A DNA stretch of 62,860 nucleotides, filler included, from Nitrospinae bacterium RIFCSPLOWO2_12_FULL_45_22 (GTDB taxonomy: Bacteria; 2-12-FULL-45-22): NCBI GenBank assembly GCA_001803565.1. It is 3 parts of 3 records of this genome, joined end to end, with 100 filler letters (N's around TTAATTAATTAA, not from the genome) between each part and the next. Parts side by side here need not be neighbours in the genome. Positions count along the whole stretch, not along the records: positions 1 to 29,474 come from MHDQ01000265.1; 2 more parts are not named here. One strand, written 5' to 3'. Below are positions 1 through 10,427 of this stretch, in pieces (position 1 is the first letter of the stretch; each line of letters opens with the position of its first letter). The position numbers and the translations under genes are program-made. A model generated the notes under the pieces. The model saw only the letters and a list, made by a program, of their open reading frames with translations, did not search any database and had not been told where the DNA came from.

Positions 1-387
1 GTTTTTAAAGGAAAAAAATAACTCTTTGTGCCTTAGTGCCTTTGTGGCTAATACAAGTTTTTATTGTATACTTTTTTATGAAACGCTCTACTGGTTCCAA
101 GATATGGTGGTATAAGGGAATAATATACTACAAAATGATTTTGCTATCACCCCTTATTCTTTCCCCGGGCCACCCTGGAATGGTAGATAACTGTGCCCGT
201 CTCCTCGAGGTACTGTTACGGACGGAGCAAAGCGTAGTCATAGAATCAGGACTATCCTGTATGGTATTGACATATTTTGCAATTATGATAATTTGTGCAT
301 CAAAAATAAACATCTCAGATTCTTCTCCCCAGTTGCAAGCACATATTGGCGAAAGCTCGGAATAAAAAGGTATTTTCAGAGGAACAG

Positions 388-1764
388 ATGAAGAATTGCT
401 ATCAGATTCTATTGGTAGACGATGACAAGACCTTCTCTTATGTGCTGAAAAAGGAGATCGGGCGTATGGGCCATGAAATAACCCTGGCTGGAGATGGTAA
501 TGAGGCGCTAGAGAAGCTTAGAGAAGGTAATTATGATCTAGTATTATTAGATCAGAGGCTACCGGGGCAGGACGGTAAAGCTGTCCTGACAGAAATGAAG
601 AAGCTCGATCCCATGATAGAGGTAATTATCCTGACCGGTTATGGGACTATAGAAAATGCAGTAGAGGCCATGAAGCTAGGCGCTTATCATTATCTCACCA
701 AGCCATGCAAGCTCTCGGAGCTTGAGGTGGTGCTAAATAAGGCCTATGAAAAGAAAGCCCTTAAGGAAGAAAACCTGAATCTTAGGAATACCTTAGAAAG
801 GAAGAGACCAGACTATGAAATCATCGGCGAAAGCCCTGCTATAAAGGCAGTCTTAGAAAGGATAGAAAAGATTGCGCCAGTAGATTTACCCGTATTAGTA
901 CACGGAGAGAGCGGGACAGGTAAAGAACTGGTAGTACGGGCTATACATCAGAAGAGCCACCGGGCCCATAACCTCTTACTAACTATTAATTGTAGCGCTT
1001 TGCCAGAGACTCTGCTAGAAAGCGAATTATTTGGCCATCAAAAAGGGGCCTTTACCGGCGCAATAGAGAATAAAAAAGGGCTCTTTGAAATGGCGCATAA
1101 AGGCACCCTTTTCCTGGACGAGATCGGGGAGATGAGTCCCTCTATGCAAGCTAAGCTGCTAAGGGTACTGCAATTTGGTGAGCTAAGGCGACTGGGCGAT
1201 ACCCGGACAATCAAGGTAGATGTTCGGGTTATTGCCGCTACCAATCGGAATCTAGAAGAGGAGATAATGGAGGGTAGGTTCCGCCAGGACCTTTACTACC
1301 GTTTAAATGTATTAAATATCTCTCTGCCGCCTCTTCGTACTATTCCGGATGATATTCCCTTACTGATAAGACATTTCCTCCGGAACAGCCGGGTGAGTGG
1401 CAGAAAGGTAATAAATATAACCAATGAGGCATTAAGATACTTACAAAATTACCCCTGGCCAGGTAATATCCGGGAGTTAGAAAATACAGTGGAGCGATTA
1501 ATAATCCTTTCTCAAAGCGATATTATTACCTTGAAAGATGTGCTGGATAATATCCCCCTGCACCTCACCTCCCAACCAGATAATGACTCTTGCTCATTGT
1601 CCCTTAGAGAGATGGAACGTACCCAGGTACTAAAAATACTCGCCCAAAACAAGGGAAACAAGACTAAAACCGCTAAGGACTTAGGTATTACCTTAAAGAC
1701 CCTGTATAACAAACTCTATGCCTACCAGAAAGGTGATCCCTCAACTCCTTCACAATTGCAATGA
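388..1764 (+). CDS. Sigma54-dependent NtrC/AtoC-family response regulator (REC-AAA+-HTH)
   Basis: N-terminal receiver (LLVDDD...LLDQRLP), Walker A GESGTGKE, ESELFGH..GAFTGA, WPGNIRELEN, C-terminal Fis-type HTH. ATG at 388 follows AGAGG. Confidence 0.95.
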   Translation: MKNCYQILLVDDDKTFSYVLKKEIGRMGHEITLAGDGNEALEKLREGNYDLVLLDQRLPGQDGKAVLTEMKKLDPMIEVIILTGYGTIENAVEAMKLGAYHYLTKPCKLSELEVVLNKAYEKKALKEENLNLRNTLERKRPDYEIIGESPAIKAVLERIEKIAPVDLPVLVHGESGTGKELVVRAIHQKSHRAHNLLLTINCSALPETLLESELFGHQKGAFTGAIENKKGLFEMAHKGTLFLDEIGEMSPSMQAKLLRVLQFGELRRLGDTRTIKVDVRVIAATNRNLEEEIMEGRFRQDLYYRLNVLNISLPPLRTIPDDIPLLIRHFLRNSRVSGRKVINITNEALRYLQNYPWPGNIRELENTVERLIILSQSDIITLKDVLDNIPLHLTSQPDNDSCSLSLREMERTQVLKILAQNKGNKTKTAKDLGITLKTLYNKLYAYQKGDPSTPSQLQ

Positions 1765-1839
1765 CTATGATATTTGATTCCGACAATATGTTGATCTATT
1801 GAGGGTCTGGTGTGGCTTATGCGTTATTCAGGCCCGTCT

Positions 1840-3519
1840 CTAAAAAGGATACTCCCTTTCCCCTGCCCAATCATACTCTAGCCCATCATTCATCCTCAGA
1901 ACACCAATTATCTCCGCAAAGGTAGCATCGGCTTCTAGGGCTTCGAATACGTAAGGAACGAGATTCGTGCCGGGATCAGAAGCTGCCTTTTTTAAGTTCT
2001 TGATCTTTTCCCTAAGGTTCTTGTAATTCCTCGTTGACTTAAACTTCCCATATTTATCCAGATACTCATCCACATCTGAAGTATCTGGAGCGTATAGCTT
2101 GGGTTTGAAGTCCTCTTCAGGAGGTATCTGGAAACGATTTACACCTACAACGGTTCTCTCTCCGCTCTCAATCTTCTTCTGAATATCCAATAGCCCCTTC
2201 TTCAGCTCTTCATGAACCCAGCTACTCTGGAGGGCTGCCATCCAGCCGCCCATCCTTTCTATCTTGTCAACCACAGCTTGAATCTCTTCCTCAATCTTTG
2301 AGGTCAACCACTCAACATAATAAGAACCTGCCAAGGGGTCCGCGACGCTTGTAACTCCTGATTCGTAACGTAACACCTGCTGGGTCCTTATGGCCACTCT
2401 TTCTGCTTCTTCTGTCGGAGTAGACAATGCTTCGTCATAACAGGCGACTTGGAGGCCCATGCAACCACCAAGAATACCGGCCAGAGCCGCTATGGCGCCC
2501 CGCGCGATATTGACGAGAGGTTGTTGACGGGTACACACAGTGCCCACTACATTTCCGTGAGTTCGCAGACACATAGCCCTGGGATCTGTGGCACCCCACT
2601 TTTCTTTCATAGTCCGCGCCCAAATCTTCCGAGCAGCCCTCAGTTTGGCTATATGTTCAAAGAAATCCCGATCTAAAGCAACTGTAGGGCTCAACCCCCG
2701 CCCTATAGCATTTATGTCGACACCCCTCCTAAGCATCTCTCGAATGAGTTCATCTCGACAGGCGATTATGAATGCAATTTCTTGGACTGCATTTGCACCC
2801 GACTCGCAGAAAGCAGCTCCGTCAGCGTACCATATGTTCCACTTTGGCAAATTCCTGAGTATATACTCACAAAAATCATTACCCCATCTTGCCAGCGTGG
2901 AAAACCGGCCATCAACATATAGAACTTCAGGCCAACTTGGTGTGTAAACAAAAAGATGAAGGTATAATGCCGAATGGACTACTCTGAGGTCGCTGATATT
3001 ATAGCCCCGCCTCTTGGCTGCCAATATATAAGCCTGAGATAGCGCGGGGAGCGGATAATTCCAGCACATGCTTAATGCGTCCAAGGGTAGATCCTCCGTC
3101 ATAACTTCAACATCCCTCAAAGTATGCAAAGCTACACCACAAACCCCAAATTGACCCTCAGCATAGGGCTGGTCAGGCTCGATGCCATACCATGTTGGAC
3201 TATCCATCTCACAGTCCACAGCATTTGCGCCTTGCGATAGTACAAACTTGAGCCTCTCGTTTTGCCTTTCTGGTGTTGATAAGCCGATGATCTGTCGGAT
3301 GTTCCAGAGTTTACCCCTATACATTTTGGGATGATGACCTCTGGTAAAAGGATATTGACCGGGGAGACCAATATCGCTGTGGAACTCGATATGGGAGATG
3401 TCACTCGGGGTATATACCTCGTTGACTGGAATACCTGAGGGAGTGGTGAAATCAGTGGTCGCCTCTCGATATGCATCTCTGATTTTTTCTCTTCGGATTT
3501 CTTCAACTTGTGTACTCAT
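1840..3519 (-). CDS. Adenosylcobalamin-dependent acyl-CoA mutase, substrate-binding large subunit (methylmalonyl-CoA mutase family), divergent active site
   Basis: GLPGQYPFTRG, AKLRAARKIWA, YDEALSTPTE, RTQQVLRYESGVTSVADPLAGSYYVEWLT. No C-terminal DxHxxG B12-binding domain. RBS GAGGAGG. Confidence 0.92.
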   Translation of the reverse strand: MSTQVEEIRREKIRDAYREATTDFTTPSGIPVNEVYTPSDISHIEFHSDIGLPGQYPFTRGHHPKMYRGKLWNIRQIIGLSTPERQNERLKFVLSQGANAVDCEMDSPTWYGIEPDQPYAEGQFGVCGVALHTLRDVEVMTEDLPLDALSMCWNYPLPALSQAYILAAKRRGYNISDLRVVHSALYLHLFVYTPSWPEVLYVDGRFSTLARWGNDFCEYILRNLPKWNIWYADGAAFCESGANAVQEIAFIIACRDELIREMLRRGVDINAIGRGLSPTVALDRDFFEHIAKLRAARKIWARTMKEKWGATDPRAMCLRTHGNVVGTVCTRQQPLVNIARGAIAALAGILGGCMGLQVACYDEALSTPTEEAERVAIRTQQVLRYESGVTSVADPLAGSYYVEWLTSKIEEEIQAVVDKIERMGGWMAALQSSWVHEELKKGLLDIQKKIESGERTVVGVNRFQIPPEEDFKPKLYAPDTSDVDEYLDKYGKFKSTRNYKNLREKIKNLKKAASDPGTNLVPYVFEALEADATFAEIIGVLRMNDGLEYDWAGEREYPF

Positions 3520-3903
3520 CGGGACCTCCTCTTTGCCTTCAGATTGAACTTAATTGTTTTAGTTCAGAGCGCCCCTAGGGGGTGGAGCGGCGGTTCTCCC
3601 CCGGTCCTCTCCTAGTGTGCCATGGCCAAACCTCCGTATACAATTTTCTCAGACTATAGTCAATCACGTCATTAGTAAAACCGAGACCTCTTTCCCGTGA
3701 CCGGTGTGCAAATAACTTCTGTATCATGCCCCACGTGCTGCACGTATCACTCGTCTAGTTGGTTTCCTGAAGAGTAATATCTAAAGGGTGAAAGTATTAT
3801 TTTAAAGATGATAGATGATAAGATGAGATGATAAGGAATTGCATTTTTGTTTAAGAAAAATTAACACATCGACAAGGAAAATTGCAACCCTTTTTTCCGT
3901 AAA

Positions 3904-4051
3904 ATAGCGATTGATTTTCCAGAAATGCTAGACTCCTTTGTCATTCTGAGCGTTAGCGAAGAATCTATTGAGACCCTTCGCTTTGCTCAGGGTGACATTC
4001 ATAATAATGTGAGCCCTTTATTCGAGAGAGGTCATTGTTTTCAATCGCTAT
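3904..4051. repeat. Nested palindromic element: 11-bp inverted repeat shell enclosing a GTCATTCTGAGC...GCTCAGGGTGAC palindrome
   Basis: ATAGCGATTGA (3904-3914) / TCAATCGCTAT (4041-4051). Inner imperfect palindrome at 3939-3997. Confidence 0.7.
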
Positions 4052-4072
4052 CTTTCTGAACATTAGCCTGGC

Positions 4073-4101
4073 TTGACAAAGATAGGGCTTTTAATTAAGC
4101 T
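4073..4101 (+). promoter_or_regulatory. Sigma70-type promoter for PGI/PMI-lepA-lepB
   Basis: TTGACA-N17-TAAGCT upstream of the 4151 ORF. Confidence 0.6.
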
Positions 4102-4150
4102 AACAATTTAATAGTTTATAGGCTAAACAAAGGAGAAGGCGATATTCGGG

Positions 4151-5209
4151 ATGGACCTGGATAATATAACGGAGATAAAAGAGATTGATAAGAGTGGCAT
4201 GGCCACTCTCCTCCACGGTTTTTCTGAGCAATGCCAACAAGGGATAATCCTGGGCCAGGGAGCAGAAGTTCCTTTCAAAAAAGGAGCTATTAAGAATATT
4301 ATCATAACTGGATTAGGTGGCTCAGGTATCGGGGGAGACTTATTAAGGATTAGCTCAGTTAACCAACTCTCCATACCACTTTATATTAACCGTGGCTATC
4401 ACCTACCAGGCTTTGCCGGTGAAGAATCATTGGTCTTCGTAGTAAGCTATTCGGGTAATACTGAGGAGACTATCAGTGCCTTACAAGGAGCCATAAAAGC
4501 CGGTTGCCAGATAGTCATCATTAGCAGTAATGGTTTGCTAGAGAAAGTCGCCCAGGAAAAGAGCCTCCCTTTACTTAGAATACCGAAAGGTTATCCCCCC
4601 CGGACTGCCTTAGGTTATCTGTTCTTTCCTATTCGGAAGAGTATAGAAAAGTTGGGTTATATTCCTGAGCAAAAAGGGGCGGAAGAAGAAACCATATCCC
4701 TCTTGCAAGATTTAGCCAGACAATATTCTCTGGAACAGCCTTTATCTTCTAATCCAGCAAAACAACTGGCACAAAGGCTCTTTAATAAAATCCCGGTAGT
4801 CTATGGGACTTTGGATAATACTGACGTTGTGGCATATCGCTGGAAGTGCCAGTTTAATGAGAATGCCAAGGCTTATGCTGCTTATCACGTCTTCCCTGAG
4901 CTTAATCATAATGAGATCGTGGGCTGGGAAAGGGCCGATGCTATAGCAAAGCAATTCGTGGTGACCATCTTTCGGGATAAGGGTGACCCAGCGAGGATCA
5001 AGCAGCGGATAGATATTACGGCCCGGATGCTGTCCGATAAAGTAGACCAGGTTATCCAACTTGATTCCCAGGGCGATTCTTTACTGGCTCGAATCTTTTC
5101 TCTAATTTATCTGGGTGATTATGTAAGCTATTATCTGGCTATATTGCGAGAGATTGATCCAACGCCAGTACAATCCATAAATTACTTAAAAAGTGAACTA
5201 AGTAAGTGA
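4151..5209 (+). CDS. Bifunctional phosphoglucose/phosphomannose isomerase (SIS fold)
   Basis: [60 protein letters not shown]. Confidence 0.93.
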   Translation: MDLDNITEIKEIDKSGMATLLHGFSEQCQQGIILGQGAEVPFKKGAIKNIIITGLGGSGIGGDLLRISSVNQLSIPLYINRGYHLPGFAGEESLVFVVSYSGNTEETISALQGAIKAGCQIVIISSNGLLEKVAQEKSLPLLRIPKGYPPRTALGYLFFPIRKSIEKLGYIPEQKGAEEETISLLQDLARQYSLEQPLSSNPAKQLAQRLFNKIPVVYGTLDNTDVVAYRWKCQFNENAKAYAAYHVFPELNHNEIVGWERADAIAKQFVVTIFRDKGDPARIKQRIDITARMLSDKVDQVIQLDSQGDSLLARIFSLIYLGDYVSYYLAILREIDPTPVQSINYLKSELSK

Positions 5210-5210
5210 T

Positions 5211-7013
5211 ATGAGTTTTCAGGAAAGGATCCGAAATTTTTCTATCATTGCCCATATTGATCATGGGAAATCTACCCTCGCTGATCGCCTCCTGGAAATT
5301 ACCGGCACCGTCTCTCCCAGGGAGATGGTGGACCAGATCCTGGATGATATGGAACTGGAGCGGGAACGAGGGATTACCATCAAAGCCCGGGCCGTGCGCA
5401 TGGCCTACCGGAACGGCTATAGCCACGAGTATATCCTTAATCTTATTGATACTCCGGGTCATGTAGATTTTTCTTATGAAGTATCCCGGAGCCTGGCGGC
5501 TTGTGAAGGTGTCTTATTAGTTATTGATGCTTCTCAAGGGATAGAGGCCCAAACCTTAGCCAATTTTTATCTGGCCTTAGAAAATAACCTCCAGATCATA
5601 CCGGTAATTAATAAGATTGATCTGCCAGTAGCAGATGTACAAGGGGTGGAGCGACAGATAGAGGATATCCTGGGTTTAGATGCCAGTGATGTATTGCTCA
5701 CCAGTGCCAAGGAAGGGCTTGGTGTGCGAGAGATTCTGGACCAGATAATAGCCCGGATTCCACCTCCGCAAGGCGATCCCCAGACCCCTTTAAAGGCCCT
5801 GATTTTCGATTCCTGGTTCGACCAGTATCATGGCTCCGTGGTTCTGTTACGGGTATTTGAGGGCAGGGTGCGGCCCGGAGATAAGATCGTATTGATGTCT
5901 AGTGGCAAAGAGTTTGAGGTTCAACAAGTTGGTGTCCTTAGCCCGAAACCTAAACCTACCAAAGAGCTGACGGCCGGTGAAGTAGGCTATCTTATGGCTG
6001 GTTTTAAAAAGGTAAGCGATACCAAAATAGGTGATACTATTACTTCAGCCACAACCCCAGCCTCACAGCCACTGCCGGGCTACAAAGAGATTAAACCTAT
6101 GGTCTTCAGCGGGCTATACCCGGTAGAAAATACCCAGTATGAATCCTTGAGGGATGCCCTGGAAAAACTCCACCTCAATGACTCGGCCTTCAAATATGAG
6201 CCGGAAACTTCTCTAGCCTTAGGGTTTGGCTTCCGGTGTGGTTTTTTAGGCTTGCTCCATATGGATATTGTCAAAGAGAGGTTGGAGAGAGAATTTGGTC
6301 TCGCTTTGCTCAACACCGCCCCTACCGTCGTCTATCAGGTTACTACTACCAAAGGAGAAAAGATGAGGGTAGAAAACCCGGCTAAATTACCTCCACCGCA
6401 TGAGACCTTGAAGATAGAAGAACCTATCATCTCGGCCACTATCATTCTGCCACCAACATATTTAGGCCCGGTATTGAGTTTAGTCCAGGAGAGGCGCGCT
6501 ATCCAGAAGAGTTTAGAATACCTGGACAGGGATAAGGTATTGCTTACTTATCATATCCCCCTCAACGAGATTGTCATGGATTTTTATGATAAACTTAAAT
6601 CTTTAAGCCGGGGCTATGCCTCTTTTGATTATGAATTTTTGGGGTATAAAGAAGCGCCTCTGATAAAGCTAGATATCCTCCTTAATGGTGAGTCAGTAGA
6701 TGCCTTATCTATGATTGTCCATAAAGATAAGGCCTATTTCCAGGGCCAAGAGATGGTGAAGAGGATGCGGGAGGTAATACCCAGACAACTTTTTGAGGTA
6801 ATTATCCAGGCCGCTATTGGCAACAAGATTATTGCTCGCGACTCTATCAAGCCTTTACGCAAGCATGTAACCGGTAAATGTTATGGTGGCGATATAACCC
6901 GGAAACGAAAGCTTCTGGAGAAACAAAAGGAAGGTAAGAAACGCATGAAGCAGTTGGGTAAGGTACAGATACCGCAAGAGGCTTTTCTGGCCTTACTCAG
7001 GGTATCTATTTAA
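5211..7013 (+). CDS. lepA: Translation elongation factor 4 (LepA)
   Basis: [49 protein letters not shown]. Confidence 0.99.
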   Translation: MSFQERIRNFSIIAHIDHGKSTLADRLLEITGTVSPREMVDQILDDMELERERGITIKARAVRMAYRNGYSHEYILNLIDTPGHVDFSYEVSRSLAACEGVLLVIDASQGIEAQTLANFYLALENNLQIIPVINKIDLPVADVQGVERQIEDILGLDASDVLLTSAKEGLGVREILDQIIARIPPPQGDPQTPLKALIFDSWFDQYHGSVVLLRVFEGRVRPGDKIVLMSSGKEFEVQQVGVLSPKPKPTKELTAGEVGYLMAGFKKVSDTKIGDTITSATTPASQPLPGYKEIKPMVFSGLYPVENTQYESLRDALEKLHLNDSAFKYEPETSLALGFGFRCGFLGLLHMDIVKERLEREFGLALLNTAPTVVYQVTTTKGEKMRVENPAKLPPPHETLKIEEPIISATIILPPTYLGPVLSLVQERRAIQKSLEYLDRDKVLLTYHIPLNEIVMDFYDKLKSLSRGYASFDYEFLGYKEAPLIKLDILLNGESVDALSMIVHKDKAYFQGQEMVKRMREVIPRQLFEVIIQAAIGNKIIARDSIKPLRKHVTGKCYGGDITRKRKLLEKQKEGKKRMKQLGKVQIPQEAFLALLRVSI

Positions 7014-7025
7014 AGGCAAATACCT

Positions 7026-7124
7026 GGCCACAGATTCACGCAGATAGCCCCTGATCACCACAGAGATCACAGAGTGATAGGCAATTGCCAATAGCCCTTT
7101 ACCGATCCGCGTAAATATGTGGCT
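7026..7124. repeat. Intergenic CACAGA-type imperfect inverted repeat element
   Basis: GGCCACAGATTCACGCAGAT ... ATCCGCGTAAATATGTGGCT, with an internal CACAGAGATCACAGAG arm. Confidence 0.65.
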
Positions 7125-7145
7125 GAAGAGCTACTTTCTAACTAA

Positions 7146-7772
7146 ATGAAAGAGAAGGAACAGGCTATCAAGAAAAGTGTTTATAGAGAATATCTGGAGG
7201 CCCTGGCTTATGCCATTGTCCTGGCTTTATTCATCCGGGCTTTTGTGGTACAGGCATTCAAAATCCCTTCTGGCTCCATGATCCCTACCTTACAGATCGG
7301 TGATCATATCCTGGTAAATAAGTTTATCTACGGGATAAAGATTCCCTTTACTGATAAAAAATTATTTACTTTCAAAGAACCTAAACGGGGAGATATCATT
7401 GTTTTTAGATACCCCGGCGATGAAGACCGGGACTTTATTAAGCGGGCAATAGGATTACCTGGTGATACCATAGAGATAAGGGATAAGCAGGTATCTATTA
7501 ATGGTAAACCCTTAAAGGAACCTTATGCAATATTCAATGAGCATAATATCCTGGGCAACTCAGGATATTCCCGAGACAATTATGGCCCGGTAAAAATCCC
7601 GCCCCATCATCTCTTCGTGATGGGGGATAACCGGGATAATAGTATGGATAGCCGTTTCTGGGGTTTTCTGGATGAAAGTAAGGTCAAAGGAAGGGCCTTT
7701 ATTATTTATTGGTCCTGGGATAGCAACGATCATTGGGTACGTTGGCGAAGGATAGGAGATCTACTGCATTAA
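7146..7772 (+). CDS. lepB: Signal peptidase I
   Basis: IPSGSMIPTL (catalytic Ser), FIKR (Lys), GDNRDNSMDSRFWG. Follows lepA. Confidence 0.98.
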   Translation: MKEKEQAIKKSVYREYLEALAYAIVLALFIRAFVVQAFKIPSGSMIPTLQIGDHILVNKFIYGIKIPFTDKKLFTFKEPKRGDIIVFRYPGDEDRDFIKRAIGLPGDTIEIRDKQVSINGKPLKEPYAIFNEHNILGNSGYSRDNYGPVKIPPHHLFVMGDNRDNSMDSRFWGFLDESKVKGRAFIIYWSWDSNDHWVRWRRIGDLLH

Positions 7773-7785
7773 ACCCTTACTTTGT

Positions 7786-7929
7786 GACGCGGATGAACGC
7801 AGGTTATACTGCCCAGGGAATACAGGAGTCAGAATTCAGAAGTCAATATGAATGGAACAATCAACTTCCCTTCTGAATTCTGACTCCTGTATCCTAGTTA
7901 TCTGTGCGAATCTGCGGCAATCTGTGTCC
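7786..7929. repeat. Nested element: 10-nt-periodic ATCTG shell containing a perfect 22-bp heptamer-type inverted repeat
   Basis: Inner TACAGGAGTCAGAATTCAGAAG (7821-7842) / CTTCTGAATTCTGACTCCTGTA (7870-7891). Outer GACGCGGATGAACGCAG / ATCTGTGCGAATCTGCGGCAATCTGTGTCC. Confidence 0.85.
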
Positions 7930-7975
7930 TAATTGTAATTTCAGATGGACATTTGCTAGAGAAAGACGATTTATA

Positions 7976-9115
7976 ATGATGGACGGGACAGAGAAAATTC
8001 TGGATACTTTTGCTGCTAGCGTGAGAGACCCATTCAACCGGCTGAAAGAATATAAGGCAAGAGTTGGGAAAAAGGCCATTGGTTATTTTCTGACTGATTT
8101 TCCTGAAGAGCTTATCCATGCTGCCAGCATGATTCCCATAGCTGTTTTAGGCAATAATGAAAATATCTCCCTGGCCGATGCCTATTTCCAAAATTTTGCC
8201 TGCTCGCTGGTACGCAGTACCCTGGAGAGCAAATTAAATCATACCCTGGATATCCTGGATGGGATGGTTATTCCCCATATATGCGATACCACCCAATGCC
8301 TGGCCAGCATATGGAAGATAGCCTTTCCGGGGGGCTATTTTGATGAGCTGGTTTTTCCTAAAAAGAGACATACCCCCAGTGCCCGTACTTATCTCCTCAA
8401 TGAGCTGAGCCGTTTCAAAAAAGGGCTAGAAGAATATGCTGGGGTAAAGATAACAGATGAGAGTCTATGGGATAGCATCCGGCTATACAACAACCATCGG
8501 GAGTTACTAAGAAAACTTTATGCCTTCAAGCGCGATCATCCCCAGGCATTGCATGAACGGGAATTCTTTACTATTATAAGGGCTTCTATGCTGATGGCCA
8601 AAGAGGAACATAGCCAACTGCTATCTCAGATGATGACTGGCTTAGCGGAGCGGACAACAAAGCCGGAAAAGAAAGTGAGGCTGGTTGTTTCCGGGATGGT
8701 ATGCGAGCCCCTACAGGTCCTGGATCTGATTGATGAGCTAGGGGGCGCCATTGTCAATGATGATCTCTGCACAGGCTCCCGATATTTCCTGGAAGATATT
8801 GAGCTGAACCATAACCCCTTAGAAGCCATTGTTGACCGGCAGTTGAAAAAAAACCCTTTTCCAGGATACCATATCGTTTCCGATGAAGCCGGGGATTCCC
8901 TCCTAGATATGGTTGAAAAAACCGATGCCCATGGGGTTATCTTCTTGCACCTCAAATTCTGCGAGGTGCATAACTTTGACTACCCGGATTTGAAGAAGAG
9001 ACTAGAGGAGAGGAAAATACCCCATCTGCTCCTGGAGACCGAGCTCCAGATGACTTCTTTGGAACAACTCAGGACCCGCCTCCAGGCCTTTATAGAAATA
9101 CTGGGGAGAAGATAG
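7976..9115 (+). CDS. 2-hydroxyacyl-CoA dehydratase / benzoyl-CoA reductase C-type subunit (HgdB/BcrC family)
   Basis: PEELIHAA, FACSLVRS, PHICDT, DDLCTGSRY, KFCEVHNFD, RTRLQAFIE. Start reassigned to ATG 7976 because the longer ORF begins inside a repeat. Confidence 0.88.
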   Translation: MMDGTEKILDTFAASVRDPFNRLKEYKARVGKKAIGYFLTDFPEELIHAASMIPIAVLGNNENISLADAYFQNFACSLVRSTLESKLNHTLDILDGMVIPHICDTTQCLASIWKIAFPGGYFDELVFPKKRHTPSARTYLLNELSRFKKGLEEYAGVKITDESLWDSIRLYNNHRELLRKLYAFKRDHPQALHEREFFTIIRASMLMAKEEHSQLLSQMMTGLAERTTKPEKKVRLVVSGMVCEPLQVLDLIDELGGAIVNDDLCTGSRYFLEDIELNHNPLEAIVDRQLKKNPFPGYHIVSDEAGDSLLDMVEKTDAHGVIFLHLKFCEVHNFDYPDLKKRLEERKIPHLLLETELQMTSLEQLRTRLQAFIEILGRR

Positions 9116-9191
9116 AACCCCATTAACAATGGTAGTGGGAGAGCTTGCTCTGCATCGGCCTTCATTAGAAATACTAAGGACAAGATAAAAC

Positions 9192-10406
9192 GTGGGAAAA
9201 GGAGAAGGTAAAAAAATTACTACCTCAGAATTACAAAGAGAGCTTATAGGCAATTATTATTTGGAGGCGAAAGAAGCCCATCAGCTCCAGAAGAGAGTGG
9301 CCTGGGTTACCGCGGCCTTCCCGGTAGAGGTCTGCTATGCCATGGATATTATCCCGATCTACCCAGAGAACCATGCCGCCGTAATCGGTGCCCGGAGGAT
9401 GGGCCAAACTATTATTGAAATAGCTCAAGAAGCCGGTTATTCGCAGGACTTATGTAGCTATGCCCTGTGTGACTTCGGCTCTATCTTTAGTGGTCAGAGC
9501 CCTATAGGTGGGTTGCCCAGCCCGGATATCCTCCTCTGCTGCAATAACCAATGCGGCACAGTAACCAAATGGTACGAAGTACTGAGGAGGCATTTTAAAG
9601 TCCCGCTGGTAGTCCTGGATGCCCCATTTATTGCCCGGGACCTGAATCATAACATCCTTAATTACTTCAAAGAACAATTGGAAGAGCTTATCTCTGCCCT
9701 GGAAGCCCTTACGGGTAAATCGCTGGATAGGGACCGGCTCAAAGAGGTATTAGAAATATCTAATGAGACCAGTAACCTATGGCGACAATATCTGGAAATG
9801 GGCACCCATATCCCGTCACCTATCACCTGCTTTGATGGCTTTATCCATATGGCTCCGATAGTGACCCTGCGGGGTACTCTGAAGGCCCGTGACTATTACC
9901 AGTTACTCATTACCGAGACGAAGGAAAAGCTGGCAAAAAGATTGAGTGCGGTGTCAGAAGAAAAATATCGCCTCTTCTGGGATAACCTGCCTATCTGGTT
10001 TCAGTTGAGGGGACTTGCGGAGAAGTTTGCCCGCCACCACGCCAATATTGTCGGGGCATCATATACCAGCTTATGGGCATATAGTTTTGATGCCAGTGAG
10101 CCTATGGAGACCCTGGCCTGGAACTATTGTGATGTTTTGATCAATCGTGGGATAAAAGATAGGGCTACCTTTGCTATACAGATGCTGGAGAAGTATGCTG
10201 CCCATGGCCTGGTTATGCATTCCAACCGCAGTTGCAAACCCTATTCCTTTGGGCAATATACCATCAAAAAGATCGTCCAGGAGCAAGTCGGCAAACCCTC
10301 CCTCGTATTAGAAGCAGATATATGTGATCCCAGATTCTACCAGGAAGAGCAAATAGATGAGGCCATTGATTCCTTCTTCGACACCTTAACAGCAACCCAT
10401 AATTAA
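9192..10406 (+). CDS. 2-hydroxyacyl-CoA dehydratase / benzoyl-CoA reductase B-type subunit (HgdA/BcrB family)
   Basis: YPENH, GYSQDLCSY, NNQC, HSNRSCK, EADICDPR; Fe-S cysteines present. Confidence 0.88.
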   Translation: MGKGEGKKITTSELQRELIGNYYLEAKEAHQLQKRVAWVTAAFPVEVCYAMDIIPIYPENHAAVIGARRMGQTIIEIAQEAGYSQDLCSYALCDFGSIFSGQSPIGGLPSPDILLCCNNQCGTVTKWYEVLRRHFKVPLVVLDAPFIARDLNHNILNYFKEQLEELISALEALTGKSLDRDRLKEVLEISNETSNLWRQYLEMGTHIPSPITCFDGFIHMAPIVTLRGTLKARDYYQLLITETKEKLAKRLSAVSEEKYRLFWDNLPIWFQLRGLAEKFARHHANIVGASYTSLWAYSFDASEPMETLAWNYCDVLINRGIKDRATFAIQMLEKYAAHGLVMHSNRSCKPYSFGQYTIKKIVQEQVGKPSLVLEADICDPRFYQEEQIDEAIDSFFDTLTATHN

Positions 10407-10427
10407 CTTTTTATCAAAAGCTTTATC

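Noticed and set aside
3520-3840. Possible cobalamin riboswitch or leader peptide upstream of the mutase
   Set aside because: No B12-box (GCCACTG...GGGAAG) is recognisable. The GGAGG-preceded ATG-GCA-CAC-TAG mini-ORF and the GC hairpin are too weak to call.
7904-7975. Cys-rich N-terminal extension (MRICGNLCPNC) on the dehydratase subunit; likewise 42429-42467
   Set aside because: These come from read-through of repeat arms. Family similarity begins at the downstream ATGs.
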